Assembly (NCBI GenBank): GCA_017499595.2
Contig: CM039010.1
Coordinates: 186,001-250,000, forward strand
From: Psilocybe cubensis
Lineage: Eukaryota
Length of the DNA: 64,000 nucleotides
Direction: 5' to 3'
The notes below the pieces were generated by a model, which was not told where the DNA came from, did not search any database, and saw only the letters and a program-made list of their open reading frames with translations. The translations under genes and the position numbers were made by a program. The stretch's first letter is position 1. Each line of letters opens with the position of its first letter. This document shows positions 25,848-38,020 of the stretch, one piece after another.

Positions 25848-28491
25848 TTACAAGGTATATCTGAAGTCAGGAGCCCTATCGCCCAGCTCTCGAAGCTGTT
25901 GCTTCGAATACTTTGTGGCGTCTCCGCCGCTCAAAGCTTGCTGCTGCGCAGCGTCTCGATTCTTGTTAATGCGGGTGTACGTAAAAACGATGGAAGGGAC
26001 GACGATGAGACCCATTCCCACGAACATTAGCTCGACGCCATCTATATCAGTTATATCAACATAAACCTCTTGAGCAATAGTAAGCCAACTCACGTCCGAC
26101 TAGGTAGCGTGGAGCGTCCCTTGAGCGATAGATATTAGCAGCAATAGCTCCACTGAAATTTCCAACACCAATGTGTATCGCCAATCCGATCCCTCGTTTG
26201 TACTGCCCAGCGAGATTGTTTCCCAGCCTTTGAAAATGCAGCAAGCGCTTAGATTACAGCCAGGCACTGAAACAAAGTTCTATCGTTCAACGTACCAGGC
26301 GACTATACCAGGGAAAGCAGCATATCCACCAGAAACGGCGAAGAACGTGCCAAAGTACTTGACGCCGCTGGATGCATTGGAAATGCTGATTGAGAATCCA
26401 AAGAGACAGAAGAGGAGTCCCAGAAGGATAAACGGCGAGCGCATCTTGACCTTATCAGAAAAGTGGGCAAATGTATACACGCAAGTAGCTTGAATGAATT
26501 CGTCAGTGCGAAACTTAATCATAAAAGGATTGGCGAATGTAGCGTACTAGCAAAAACATAAGGAGGAACTGTGAGGAGCTGGCTGACAGCAGGAGTGTGT
26601 CCGAAGGAATTGATGATGGTACTGGCATATAATGATCAACCAACGTTGTTACTTATTGAGAGACAAGTTCTGCTCACGGAAGGAAGAGCGTAATTCCATA
26701 GACTGAGAGGCATCAAAACCTATGATGGACTCGGACGAATAACAAGACTCACTGGGGCCAACAACTGACATATATGCTAATATATGCGCCCAAACCTGAT
26801 GGGAATAGTCGTTAGAGTTTGAATTAGTGATGAGGGTGTTATATTAACCTGCCAGTCGCAGAGAGCAGCCCAAAAGTGACGCATTTCGAAGTGTTCTTCC
26901 TCACCAACGCTCGAATTATCATATCCTGTTCCATTCTATTCAATTTATGTTTAATGACAACGTGGAACAGACAAACTCTTTGTGTGGATAATGAATGAAC
27001 GTTCTTCAGGAGTCAAAAATGTGGCCGTAGATGGGAAATCAACAAGTACTTCGCGCATATATAGGGGTTAAACCCAACAACTCAAGATAGCAGCAGCGAA
27101 AAAGGCTCACCGAAAAACGCGATTATACCGACAATCGTCGTCAGAAGTCCTTCGAGAATCTGGTGGTGATAAGGAACGCCAAATTACACGTTTTTCGAAT
27201 GGAGTATCCGCAGAAAAAACTCACGAAAATCCACGACCATCCAAGAAGACCCCCAGTTCCACTCATGAACCCGATTCCATACGCCAGCAGACCCGAAAAA
27301 GCACCGGCGAGCGACGCCGAACCATAAAACAGACTGATACGGAACTGAAGCAAATGGCGGGGGTACCATAAAGTTAGACTGTACGATACCATCAGATTGT
27401 TTGAATTACATTCCAATTGAAAGAAATACGCACTAATAGACCACTCCGGGGAATAGACCCGCTTCAGCGATGCCCAAGCAGACACGCGTTCCCACCAGCT
27501 GTGGATAGCTATATTTATGGCGGTTCAAATTAGCCTGCGTGGAAACGCATATACCAGATTGCCTCTTCTTACTTCTTGACCAGGCCCATCAAAGTCCTAA
27601 AAACACCAACAGACATTGAGTCGCTAGCCTAACCGATGGTAAATACAAGAGAGGAAGAACCCACATGACAATGCCCCATGCGACCTGAGATGTCATGATA
27701 GGTGGGTGTGAGTCCGTCGAGGAGGTAAGTTAAGCTATGCGAAGAGCTTACTGTGATACCGGGAAGCCATCTATGAATATCGAGGTTCGGTAAGATAGCA
27801 ATTTCCGAGGGATGCAGGAATGTTGCTTACCTCGATGGTCTAAACCGCTTCAGTACGAGGCTGGGACAACGATCAGATTTCTCGACATAGCGTAGATGAA
27901 TTTGCAAAGCCTACTTTGCTGGACACTCGAAAATGCAATACGGCTGAATATGTAATGCGATTCAGGTGATCCTTTAAGAATGCACGAGGAATCATTCGAG
28001 ACTCACAATGAAGTACATCGTCTGCAAACAGGGTTGTAAGATACGGTTAACCACAGGAATTAATGAGGAAAAACATACCAACGCGACATTGTACTGATTA
28101 CCCGTTAGATGTAGTTGAGTTTGCAATCCTTGGAGTCTCGCATTTCCTACAACGATAAAATAAGCCAAGCTCCACTCCTTCCTTCAACTCCTTCCCAGGC
28201 TCACCAATGTTCCCTTCGCAAATGAGGATATAGAATAGTATGATCAGCCTACTAAAATTAAGGAGTCGAAAGACTAGATAACACACCTCGATCCATATAC
28301 GAAAGCAAGTACATCAACGCGAGGATGGGTATAATCCGCACATCGACCTTGCGCCATAGCTTCTTCTGCTGTTCGGGTGTCAGCGTCGGGGGAGGGGGCA
28401 GCATCGAGTCACCGCCAAAGTCGAAGTCGTCAGATGGCGTCCCGACACGCTTCTCATCGATCGACGCCGTCTCTGATTTCTTCTCCACCAT
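25848..28491 (-). CDS. MFS transporter, anion:cation symporter (DAL5/TNA1-like) family, multi-exon
   Basis: LWRKVDVRIIPILALMYLLSYMDRGNIGNA, WYPRHLLQFRISLFYGSASLAGAFSGLLAYGI, GWSWIF, NNLAGQYKRGIG, GDRAPDFRYTL*; ATG at 28491. Confidence 0.92.
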
Positions 28492-30794
28492 ATTTGCAGA
28501 CGTGTAACAGCTGGGAGTTGCGTTCGAGGAGAACACAGAAAGAAAGAACACTTTCCAACGCAGGCTAATTTAACTTAGCACACCTAGGAGCTCGCCTCCG
28601 CTTGGAGATAGACAGGATCCATGAACATATGCTTCTCCTCCTCCTTGCGTAACCTCGACTGAATGCCAATACATTTTCATTTCCGAACTCGCTGGTGCAC
28701 CGTCGCGCGATGGAAGGTCACAAGAGCGAAAAAACATATAAAAAGACGTGGATCCCACAGTCCATTTTTGCCGATAACATGTTGTGGGGAAGATATGTCA
28801 GATTTTATTTCAGGCGTCGAGCGATGGCATGGGATGTTGAGAGCGTTTTGTCGTCTTTTCGCCGTCGCTCTTGCAAAGTCGGGACTCTTTAACGTTTAAG
28901 ATCAGATTGTCCAGTATTTAAATCTACCATCAAGTTCGCCACAATCTCGAACTAAGGGTAGTAGAAGAAGATTTTGACAGGGTGCAAGTGCAAACTAGGT
29001 TGATAGCAAGCTGTCTTTCGGAAAACCTCAGCAGACTTGCCGTTTTGTTTGTGTCATGTGATGCCTGAGCTGCACCCACATCATGTGATACGACGCGTCG
29101 TGCGCGTCGCGCTTTTGACACTCAGGGGCTATGAAAAGGGCTACTTGCATTGAGTGTATGCTAGAACGCATGTTTTGGTACTTTTGTTGAAAATTGCAGG
29201 CTATGTGTCTTGGATAAACTGCGCAAGATTTAATTTGTTAAATATGGAAATCAGCTCTGAGAACTATCATGATAATTAACTCAGATATCTGAGTCAATAC
29301 CCATTACATGTATCCATTCAAACCGTCATTTTCACCCGGTTATACTCAGTTTTGTATTTATATATATAGCTCAATACTCAAATTTCCTGAGTTTCTGGAA
29401 ATATGGAAGCTGTATCAAAGATTCTACACAGAATACAGCCATGTAATTTTAGTGAGAGGAGAACACATTCGTCCTGTGTACGCGAAAATACGAGCACGCA
29501 GGAGCATCTGTTTCGTGTAGTTAAAGCTGGTATCTTCTTCCTCCCACTCCCTTAGCATCTCTATTAAGGCCGTAAAGATTTTACATATAACGCACCCCTT
29601 GGCAACTAATACGCGAGCATATATTACCACAATTGTTTCAAGGGCGAGGTTTTGAGGTATGAGTATAATCGGAAAAAGAGAGAGTACAGTCATAGCACCA
29701 AGACCTAATTAGATAGAAAATGCCTTGATGTTTGGAAATTTTGCGCTTAGCGAATGATTTCCTGCTGTACAAATGCCTTCGCAATGCCCGATTTGCTGGC
29801 CTTGAGGAATATTTCGCGTCAAATCAGGGAAGACAGTGAGATATCATTCTGCCATTTTAGTAGTCGTTTCTACTGGTCCTGAGGACGGCCGAACTTGTAA
29901 GCCTACATCCACATGGTCATTTTGGTTCATCTCGGCGTATCCAGCATAGCGAGAGGCGAGACCACGAAGTTACCCCTTTACGCTCTTCTGCAATTGAACC
30001 ATACAGCTTCTCCCGTGATTTTTTGCGTTTCTTCTTGCCGCTCGTCCTTTATGCGCTGATGATTGTCGCAGAGACCTACTACATCAGTATGAACGGCAAG
30101 ATAAACGGGATATAGAGTAAGGTAATTACCATTCTCAAGGACAGTGGTATGATCTGAGGTCAGAGATTATTTATTGATAGCTCATATATGGATACTACTT
30201 TGCCATATTACGTAGCTAGACATATCAAATCCCCAGTCCATGATACCGATGGCATGTGGGTAATCCATTCATGGTCACCAACGTATGAAAACCGTGGACT
30301 TTTTTACTTTTTACCAGGGGATTTCATTCTCATCCACCAGCTTCTTAACGAGCAAACAGTATCAAGGTAAGCTGAAAACGAAGATAATTGACTTTACTTA
30401 AATCCCTTCGAGCCTCAACTCTTCGATGAGCTCAGACGGTCTAGCGATTCTTTAATAGATCGATAGAAAACGTTAAACATTGAGCACAATGCACGGGACA
30501 TCGCAAGATACGCGCACAATTTACATATAACCCCAAGGATACGACGAATCATTGGGCGCTTCGAGGATAAGTGATGAGACGCGTTGCAGGAGATAGTGTC
30601 TAACGTAAAAGTTCAAGTCAGTCGCGTGGCCTACTAATTTGGCTTGGGGTTAGGGGCAGAACTAGCCAATTGGAGAAATGGCTGGACGATCGAGAAATCA
30701 ATAAAACGGCTCGTCATACTTCTTCTTTTTATTAGTTCGCTACTACGTGTTAACTCTGGGAGACCAGAGGGGCTCTGCATACTTCTTTCCTACT

Positions 30795-33223
30795 ATGCCT
30801 GCGCTGTTGGACTCATCTTCTTCGTCGACCCCAACAACCACACGGGCAGGTGTAATCGAGTCACATTTGCATCTGGATTCGCATTCTGAGCGTCAACCTC
30901 AACCGTCATCCACATCTGGAATGAAACCACCAACAGAGGATGAAGACAAGGCTTACTACGACTCACTTCCAATCAACACCTCACCCAACGTGACTCCCGC
31001 GTCGCCGCCGAATGCACAACCGACGATTGGACTCATCGGGATGGGAGCGATGGGTCGGATGTATGCTCGCCATTTGGGCGATGCGGGGTGGTCCAAGTAA
31101 GTCTTCTCGCACTGTGCTGCTACTTATCGGAATAGGTTGTGTACAGGAGTGCGATGGAGTAGTCAGCGCGGATGTGATGCAGAAGAGTCGTTCGGCTCGC
31201 TGACGGACTTGTCCGTTGACTAGGCTTGGATCGGGTTGCACTTGTCTATCTCTGGCCCCTTATTCCATTCCATTCATTCGAGTCTTCTTTGCTCAAGGAC
31301 GCACTCAATGCTCACTGAAACTTCTTTCAAACGCCATATAGAATCAATGTATGCGACATTCCAGAAAAATACGAGCAGCTCAAGGCCGACTACGCAGGTG
31401 CGTCGCACAGGCGCATTCCGTACTCTACTTAGGTGCTGACCCGGCGGTGGCTTCTAGGAAACCCCAACATCTGCCCTATGCGCGACGGACACGCGGTAGC
31501 GCGCTCGTCAGATTTCATTGTCTACTCGGTCGAAGCAGAGTTCATCGAGAAAGTTGTCGCTCAGTACGGCCCATGTACGTCCCCGATGACAATCAACCCA
31601 TCCTCCGCACCCAATCTAACCGAGTTTATCTTGACAGCGACGAAAGTGCATGCCATCGTTGCGGGACAGACATCCGTGAAAGCGCCTGAGAAGCAGGCGT
31701 TCGAAAAATACCTCCCGCGCGACGTGCACATCGTGTCATGCCACTCGCTACATGGCCCGACTGTCAGTCCGCTCGGACAGCCGCTGGTGAGTTTGACGGA
31801 CGGTTTCCTTTTGATAGCGACTTTTTTCGGTCCATTATGATCCGTCCCGCATTTCTACGTAACATTTCGTCGCCTATGTTTGGAATTTTTTCCCAGCTTG
31901 TCGATATATGACATCACCACTGCTAGCGCGTTGAATTTGGTAATCTCGTTGATGGCGAGGACGAGGACAAATTGCACCAGATATGTCTTTCGTTACTGGT
32001 TTAGTGCTTTTTGTTGGAACTTTCTAAAGAGCGACGGTTCGAAATTATGTTCCTTTGAATGATTGCAACGGAAACTCGAAATCATGATACGCAAAATGTG
32101 TATCTAATTCGTTGTTTTTTCCCATTTTTGCTTCTTTTGATTTTCTAATTCTTTACCCCCTCTTTCTTGTTACACCCTTTAACACCAGCCACCTGGACAG
32201 ATCCTCATTAAACACCGCGGCTCGGCTGATGCACTCACTCTCGTCGAAAATATCCTGCGACCCCTGCGCTCACGACACGTCTACCTGTCGTACGACGAGC
32301 ACGACCTCGTCACCGCGAACACACAAGCGGTCACACACGCCGCGTTTTTGAGCATGGGGACAGCATGGGCCGCCGCACAGTCTTACCCCTGGGAGCAGGG
32401 CCTGTACGTCGGCGGAATCGAAACAGCAAAGGTGAACCTAACACTCAGAATATACTCCAATGCATGGCACGTCTATGCCGGGCTTGCGATTCTGAACCCG
32501 GCTGCGAGGGTGCAGATTGAGCGGTATGCGACGAGCGCGACGGAGCTGTTTAAGATGATGCTCGAAGGTGGGAGTGGTGGCGAGGAAGCAAAAAGGCGGT
32601 TTAGGGAGCGGGTGGAGTGGGCACGGGATATGGTCTTTGGGGGTGTTGCGCGCGAGGGCAGCACTCCGGGCGGCGGGCGGCGACGGCGCCCTATTTTGTT
32701 GAGTGAAGATGTTCTGGACCGGTTCAGCCTCGGGAAGCTTCCGCCGCCATCGCCCGTCGACGGGTCCTCCCCCTTCTCCTCCTCACCTACTGAGCCACAG
32801 CGCCCGCCATCAAGATACCGCCCGAACTCGCACCTCTCATTGCTCGCTATGGTTGACTGCTGGGCGCACCTGTACATCAACCCGTACACGCACCTCTCGC
32901 TCGCCGCGACGCCGCTCTTCCGGCTGTTCCTGGGTGTTGCGGAGCACCTCTTCCTTTCACCTACGTCGCTCCTCGAGGCGTCCATACATTCCGCGCTGCA
33001 CGACACATGGCACCGCGCGGACGACCTCGAGTTTGTCTGTGCCGCGCGCGGGTGGAGTCAGTGTGTGAGCTTTGGGAGCTTCGAGGTGTATAGGCGGAGA
33101 TTTGAAGAGACGCGTGCCTTCTTTGAAGGGCGGTTTGAGGAGGTGGGGAAAGTTGGTGCGGAGATGATCAGAGCTGTTATGGAAAGTGAGATCAAGAGGG
33201 AGGAGGAAGAGGGAGTTGTCTGA
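30795..33223 (+). CDS. TYR1: prephenate dehydrogenase (NADP+), complete copy
   Basis: Rossmann IGLIGMGAMGRMYA, SDFIVYSVEA, AGQTSVKAPE, SCHSLHGP, HDLVTANTQAVTHAAFLSMG, WHVYAGLAILNP, NSHLSLLAMVDCW. Start could be 30795 or 30921. Confidence 0.93.
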
Positions 33224-33844
33224 ATCACACTGGTGAGCTTTTCGTTTTTGGTTAGGAGTGCATAGATTGATATGATGAACTTGCGGTGTTTCCTAGGAAA
33301 AGTACGGTATGCGTTGTATATTTATCATGGTATTTTTTTTTGTCCTATCTTCACGGGCACCTCGATATATGAAGTTTTATTTGTTGAATGGCGTTTTATA
33401 AATTTTAAAGCTGTGTCTTCTCAAACTCTGTTATATCTCGTCAAGACCAGCAGGGCAACACTGTAACCGCGGCACCCGTTCGTGCGCGGGCTAACATCGG
33501 GTCCATGATGCATGACCCGTTTTGAAGCTTGCAGTTGATCAAGCCGACGTCAACATCCAGCAGCCCTTTGATGGTGCGTAATTTAGCAGCAGCACTTGGT
33601 GCTGCATCGCACCGACTCGGACCAGCACATGGCTCTTCAAGCTTCATCCTTGAGCGTGACCTCACTGCGACTAAGCATCCCACAGGGACTCACGAGAATC
33701 GCGCCTTGTGAGATTTAATGGGAGTTTTTTTTAGCATCGGCATGGGGTTTCTTCTTATATATGGGCGGGAGTTTGGACTCGCGGCTACAGAAAGTGCTAT
33801 TACTTGCTTCTGATCCAGACAAATCTCTCTACAAACAATACAAC

Positions 33845-35286
33845 ATGGCAAAAACAGCCTTTTCGCTCGCAGAGGAGGTGAAGGCTATGAACCGTAACTG
33901 TACGGTCTGTCTTCTCTAATAGATTTTCTACTCATACTGTTGTCTATCGGTCAGGCCAGAACGATCGCCTGAAATTCCTAATCGACAAACTTGTACGTAC
34001 ATCAATGCGAATATCTCCTCTTCGTACGTATACTTACTGATGGCAGGTTGACCATCTTCACGCATACGTTGTCGAAACGTCTTTAACGGCGGATGAATGG
34101 AGGTACAGATCAACTCGCTCTTTAATTACGAACTATGATTAATAATGAAACAGTGCGGCGATCCACTTCCTCGGAGAGGCAGGGAAGGTGTGCGCAGAGA
34201 CTCGTCAGGGTAAGTGTCAATGAATTCTGTCCTGCAATACAAAATATTGATAATTTCCTGTTATCTAGAGTTTGATATCCTTTCTGGTGTCCTCGGTGTA
34301 ACGACCCTCGTGGAAGATATCAATAACGGGAAACCGGCGGGAGCCACGGAGCCTGCCCTTCTTGGCCCATTCTTCAAAGAGGACGCACATAAAGGTATAT
34401 TATGCAAACATACAACAAAGCAATGGGGCAACTAACATGACACTTCAATTAATCCAGTCGAGAATGGCGACTCCATCGCGTCCGAAGGAAAGGGTGACTA
34501 TCCATACGTCGAAGGGCGCGTGCTCGACCTCCAGGGCAATCCAGTCGCCAACGCGACGATCGATACATGGGAGGCAGATAGCTCTGGCTTATACGATTTC
34601 CAGGTGCGTAAATTTGTGGACATACGTGACTGAATGCCGGCGCTAAATGTTAAATGTTTAAAACGAAAGTATGAAAACCAGGAAGATTGCCGAGGGCGTC
34701 TACACACAGCTGAGGACGGTTCATTCTCATTCCGCGCCATTGTGTACGTTGCAAAACCCCGGCGAAAAAGGTTTTCAAGATACTCACTAGCACCGTTTGT
34801 TTTGTATTTTATCCAGCCCAGTACCGTACCCCATCCCCGAGGACGGTCCTGCAGCAAACCTTCTCACATCGCTGGGAAGACACGTCTATCGGCCCGCACA
34901 CCTCCACTTTGTCATCAGCGTACGCTTGACTCCTCGACATTGAAAAGAAACTTTATTCCTAGGCTAACGCTAAATTCATGTAGGCGCCAGGATACGAATC
35001 CGTGACGACCCAGTTCTATTTCAAAGGCGACCCCTACCTCACATCCGACGCTACATTCGGCGTCAAACCCTCGCTAATCGTGGTAAGCTTTTCGGCATCC
35101 TCCAATCAGCCAACTACAAATTCCTTATGTACTCAATAGACCCCTGAAATTGTCGAAGACCTTGCGCTGTCAAAGGCGCGTGGATTCAAAGACGCCAAAC
35201 CCCATACGTATATCAAAAAGGACTTTGTGCTAGTAACTCCAGAGCAAGGTATCAATGCACGTGCAGCTGTCGCAGCGCAGAACTAG
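33845..35286 (+). CDS. intradiol ring-cleavage dioxygenase (hydroxyquinol/catechol 1,2-dioxygenase-like), copy A
   Basis: DHLHAYVVETSLTADEW, ILSGVLG, ATEPALLGPFF, IDTWEADSSGLYDFQ, PVPYPIPEDGP, GRHVYRPAHLHF (two Tyr and two His iron ligands), DATFGVKPSL; canonical introns. Confidence 0.9.
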
Positions 35287-35393
35287 CTCGTAGCCAAGAG
35301 TACTAAATAGTCAAGATGTAAAGAAATTTTGGAAATCCAGATCAATGGTTGGAAATAGAAGCTTAAGACAGGTGAGAAACAGATATTCCATAT

Positions 35394-36380
35394 TTACGCG
35401 CCAATATGCACGAACATTACCCAACGTTCCACAGGAACCTGATCCTTTCTCATTTCACGGATAGCATAGCTCAGCCCCTCCGCCGAATCCTTGAAATCGG
35501 GCCTTTTTCCGGAATCACGGAACATGTATTTGTAGAATTCTTTCGATATGAAAGGTCCATCCTCGTCATTCATTTCCCATAGTGTTCCCACAACGCTGCG
35601 AAATCCGCAGAACTGTAATGCTGCTGCCAAATGGATAGTCTCGTCGGGAGTGAAGACATCTCCAGCTGCACTGAAGCATGCCGATAGAAAAGCCAATTCG
35701 GCATTAGGGAGTCTGGCTCGTATGATGTCCAGTAGAGGAAGACGTCTGTCGTGGAGCTGAAACGATGCCTGAAACGGTTGGAGATCATCACCCAGATTAC
35801 CGTGGCAGGCAAAATGGACCCATGGATGCTCCCTAAGTCCTTGAAGAACTGCATCCCGAGTGGCTTCCTTTCCAATGATAACCTTGGCAGAGTCGCTAAG
35901 CTGTTGAATGATTTTCACTTCCTCACCTACGTGTTGTAGTGCATCATCAGGGTGGCCCACGACGAGCAATGTGGGAGCTTTGCGCCGAATGATATTTGAC
36001 CGTGCTCTAATTAATGCGGAGAGTGTAGGTGTATAGGAGGACGTGTAGAGATCTGGGAGATTTCTTTCCCCCCCTCTGTACGGACCTGCGGCATGGAGAG
36101 GAAGCGAGCAAAGCTCTGATGTCAGGCACCACCAAATGCGAGACCTGTGGGGCACTCCAGCATTATCTAGTTGGCTGATTATCGGGTGCACAATTTTATC
36201 CCAGAGAAAACGCAATACGCCAATGATCTCCCTTGAGGTACCAAGCTTAGTTGTCTGCTCTTGAAGTTCGGTAAGTTGGACGGTAACTGCTGATGTTAAT
36301 GATTATTACTGGTCCCTCAGCGGCAGCTGAGCAAAGGTCGGTGAACAAATTTGATTGCAAAAAGTTCTCAAAACCCTCCA
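35394..36380 (-). pseudogene. 5'-truncated CHAT (caspase-like) protease gene, copy A
   Basis: Complete CHAT domain with HFACHG and AFLSAC dyad motifs, but no TPR region (cut at 36380) and a 59-nt deletion relative to 57147-57205. Confidence 0.9.
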
Positions 36381-37298
36381 TCACCCAGTGAGTATCTCCC
36401 AGCTCTGCCCCCGCCTGTCCCTCTTCATTTGCCTGCCTCCTACCATCCCGCCCCGCCATCATGCATCACCCTTGAGTTGTCCCCTGCCCATCCGCTCCTC
36501 TGTCACGCGTGCCCTCCATAACCATAGCCGACTTTGACACACCTGCCCAAGTACTCAAAATGACCATCCCACATCTAGTCGACGGCAACCCGTATCGAGT
36601 AGAGAGCGACAAGTTGGCATCACAGCATCATGGCGCTGTATATTCTTGGGTTCCCCGTATATGTCCGCATACAGGTAGTAAGCAGGCCACGATCCGCGGT
36701 GGGATAGAGCTATCATGGGTACATTGTGTGAGTTACATGCTTACGGTTGTCTGCACTACTGACCGTCACTTGTTTCAAAGCATTGCCCTGTTGCATCAAG
36801 TCCAAGGGCGGGAATGGCAGAGGGTTGTGAGCGTCTTAAGGAGCCATGTCGGGCCTTGGAGCACAGTGCGCACGGATTAACTGTAAGTCATCCTGGTTGT
36901 ATACCATTGGAAACAGTACTCACATCTGTTGTCCCTCCTCTCCCTCTCCTCAATCATCCTTTGATCCTCCCTCTGCCCTTCTCTCCGCTGCGTCTTTGGC
37001 GCCCTTGCACCTGCAGGCGGCGCATGGTGTTCGTGTCCGTTTGCATGTATGCATCTCTCAAGACAGGTGCCGCGCATGTCACCACATAAACGGTATCAAC
37101 ATTGTACTTGCCAGTCAGCTGCGGCACGGAGGCACGGAACAAGGGGCGGGTTTTGTCGAGGTGGTTGCCGCATGTGTTTGAAGATGCCGTCGAGTCAACT
37201 GAGTGTCAGTGTCATCAGGGGTGCCCGTGAGCAACAGAGCATGTCAGTACATGCGTCCGCAGATCTTGTCAAGTTGGTACTCACCTGTAATACCCCAT

Positions 37299-38020
37299 AT
37301 CTGCAGAAATTTTGGAAGTGGTTCGGGTGGCGCAGCGGTGATGGGTCTGCAGTGTACATGTGGGCAGGAGATGGCCCGACAATCCACAACTTACCAGCAT
37401 GGACGGCCGCGACTTGATTGGTATCGTGTGGCAGCTGTATCTGTCTTGCAAAGCGACTGCGCAGTCCGGCACGCCATCGAGGATTACAACTCACCGACTG
37501 CCAACCTGGTAACCTGGATGGATGCGACTCCAGCATGTCATTGGCGTGCTGTGCGCTATGTGGCTGCGGTAGCAAGACGTCAGCAACAGCACACCGTCAA
37601 CAATGTGCCGCTCACCGTGTCAAGACTAGAGGAGCAACAGAGTGCGTCCTCAGATCTTATCAATTTTTTACTCACTTCTGGTCCCCTGTGTCTGCAGAGC
37701 TTCCAGCGACGTGACGGCGACGGTCTGGGGTGTAGATGTGAGCAGGAGATCACCCGACAATCGACGACTTACCAGCACGGTATCTTCAGAGGAGAGGCTT
37801 GTGAGGGATGCATGAACGGCCGGCTGTGTTTGTCTTGCAAAGCGACTGCGCAGTGGTGAGCAGGTCAGTGTCAGTGTGCCGTCGAGGATTACAACTCACC
37901 GACTCAGGCTGCCGACGAGGTAGGCCTCTCGTTGGCATGCTACGTGTCATGCGGCTGCAGTAGCAAGACGTCAGCAAGAGCGCACCGTCAACAATGTGCC
38001 GCTCACCGTGTCAAGACTAG
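37299..38020. repeat. imperfect tandem duplication (~390-bp period) in a minus-strand micro-exon region
   Basis: ~37299-37630 resembles ~37690-38020, e.g. gcaagacgtcagcaa...caccgtcaacaatgtgccgctcaccgtgtcaagactagag occurs twice. Confidence 0.8.

Larger units (their letters stand above)
31926..36380 (+). repeat. segmental duplication copy A (TYR1 intron and last exon, dioxygenase, CHAT 3' part)
   Basis: Near-identical to 44544-48321 plus 56670-57304; begins gcgcgttgaatttggtaatc, ends aaaaccctcca. Confidence 0.95.

Noticed and set aside
32473-33068. Overlapping ORFs 32473-33006 (-) and 32703-33068 (+), and their copies at 45036-45631
   Set aside because: Shadow frames of the GC-rich TYR1 exon.
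9953-35286. A known mushroom cluster (psilocybin, luciferin, atromentin)
   Set aside because: No decarboxylase, kinase, methyltransferase, PKS, luciferase or A-T-TE synthetase in the window.
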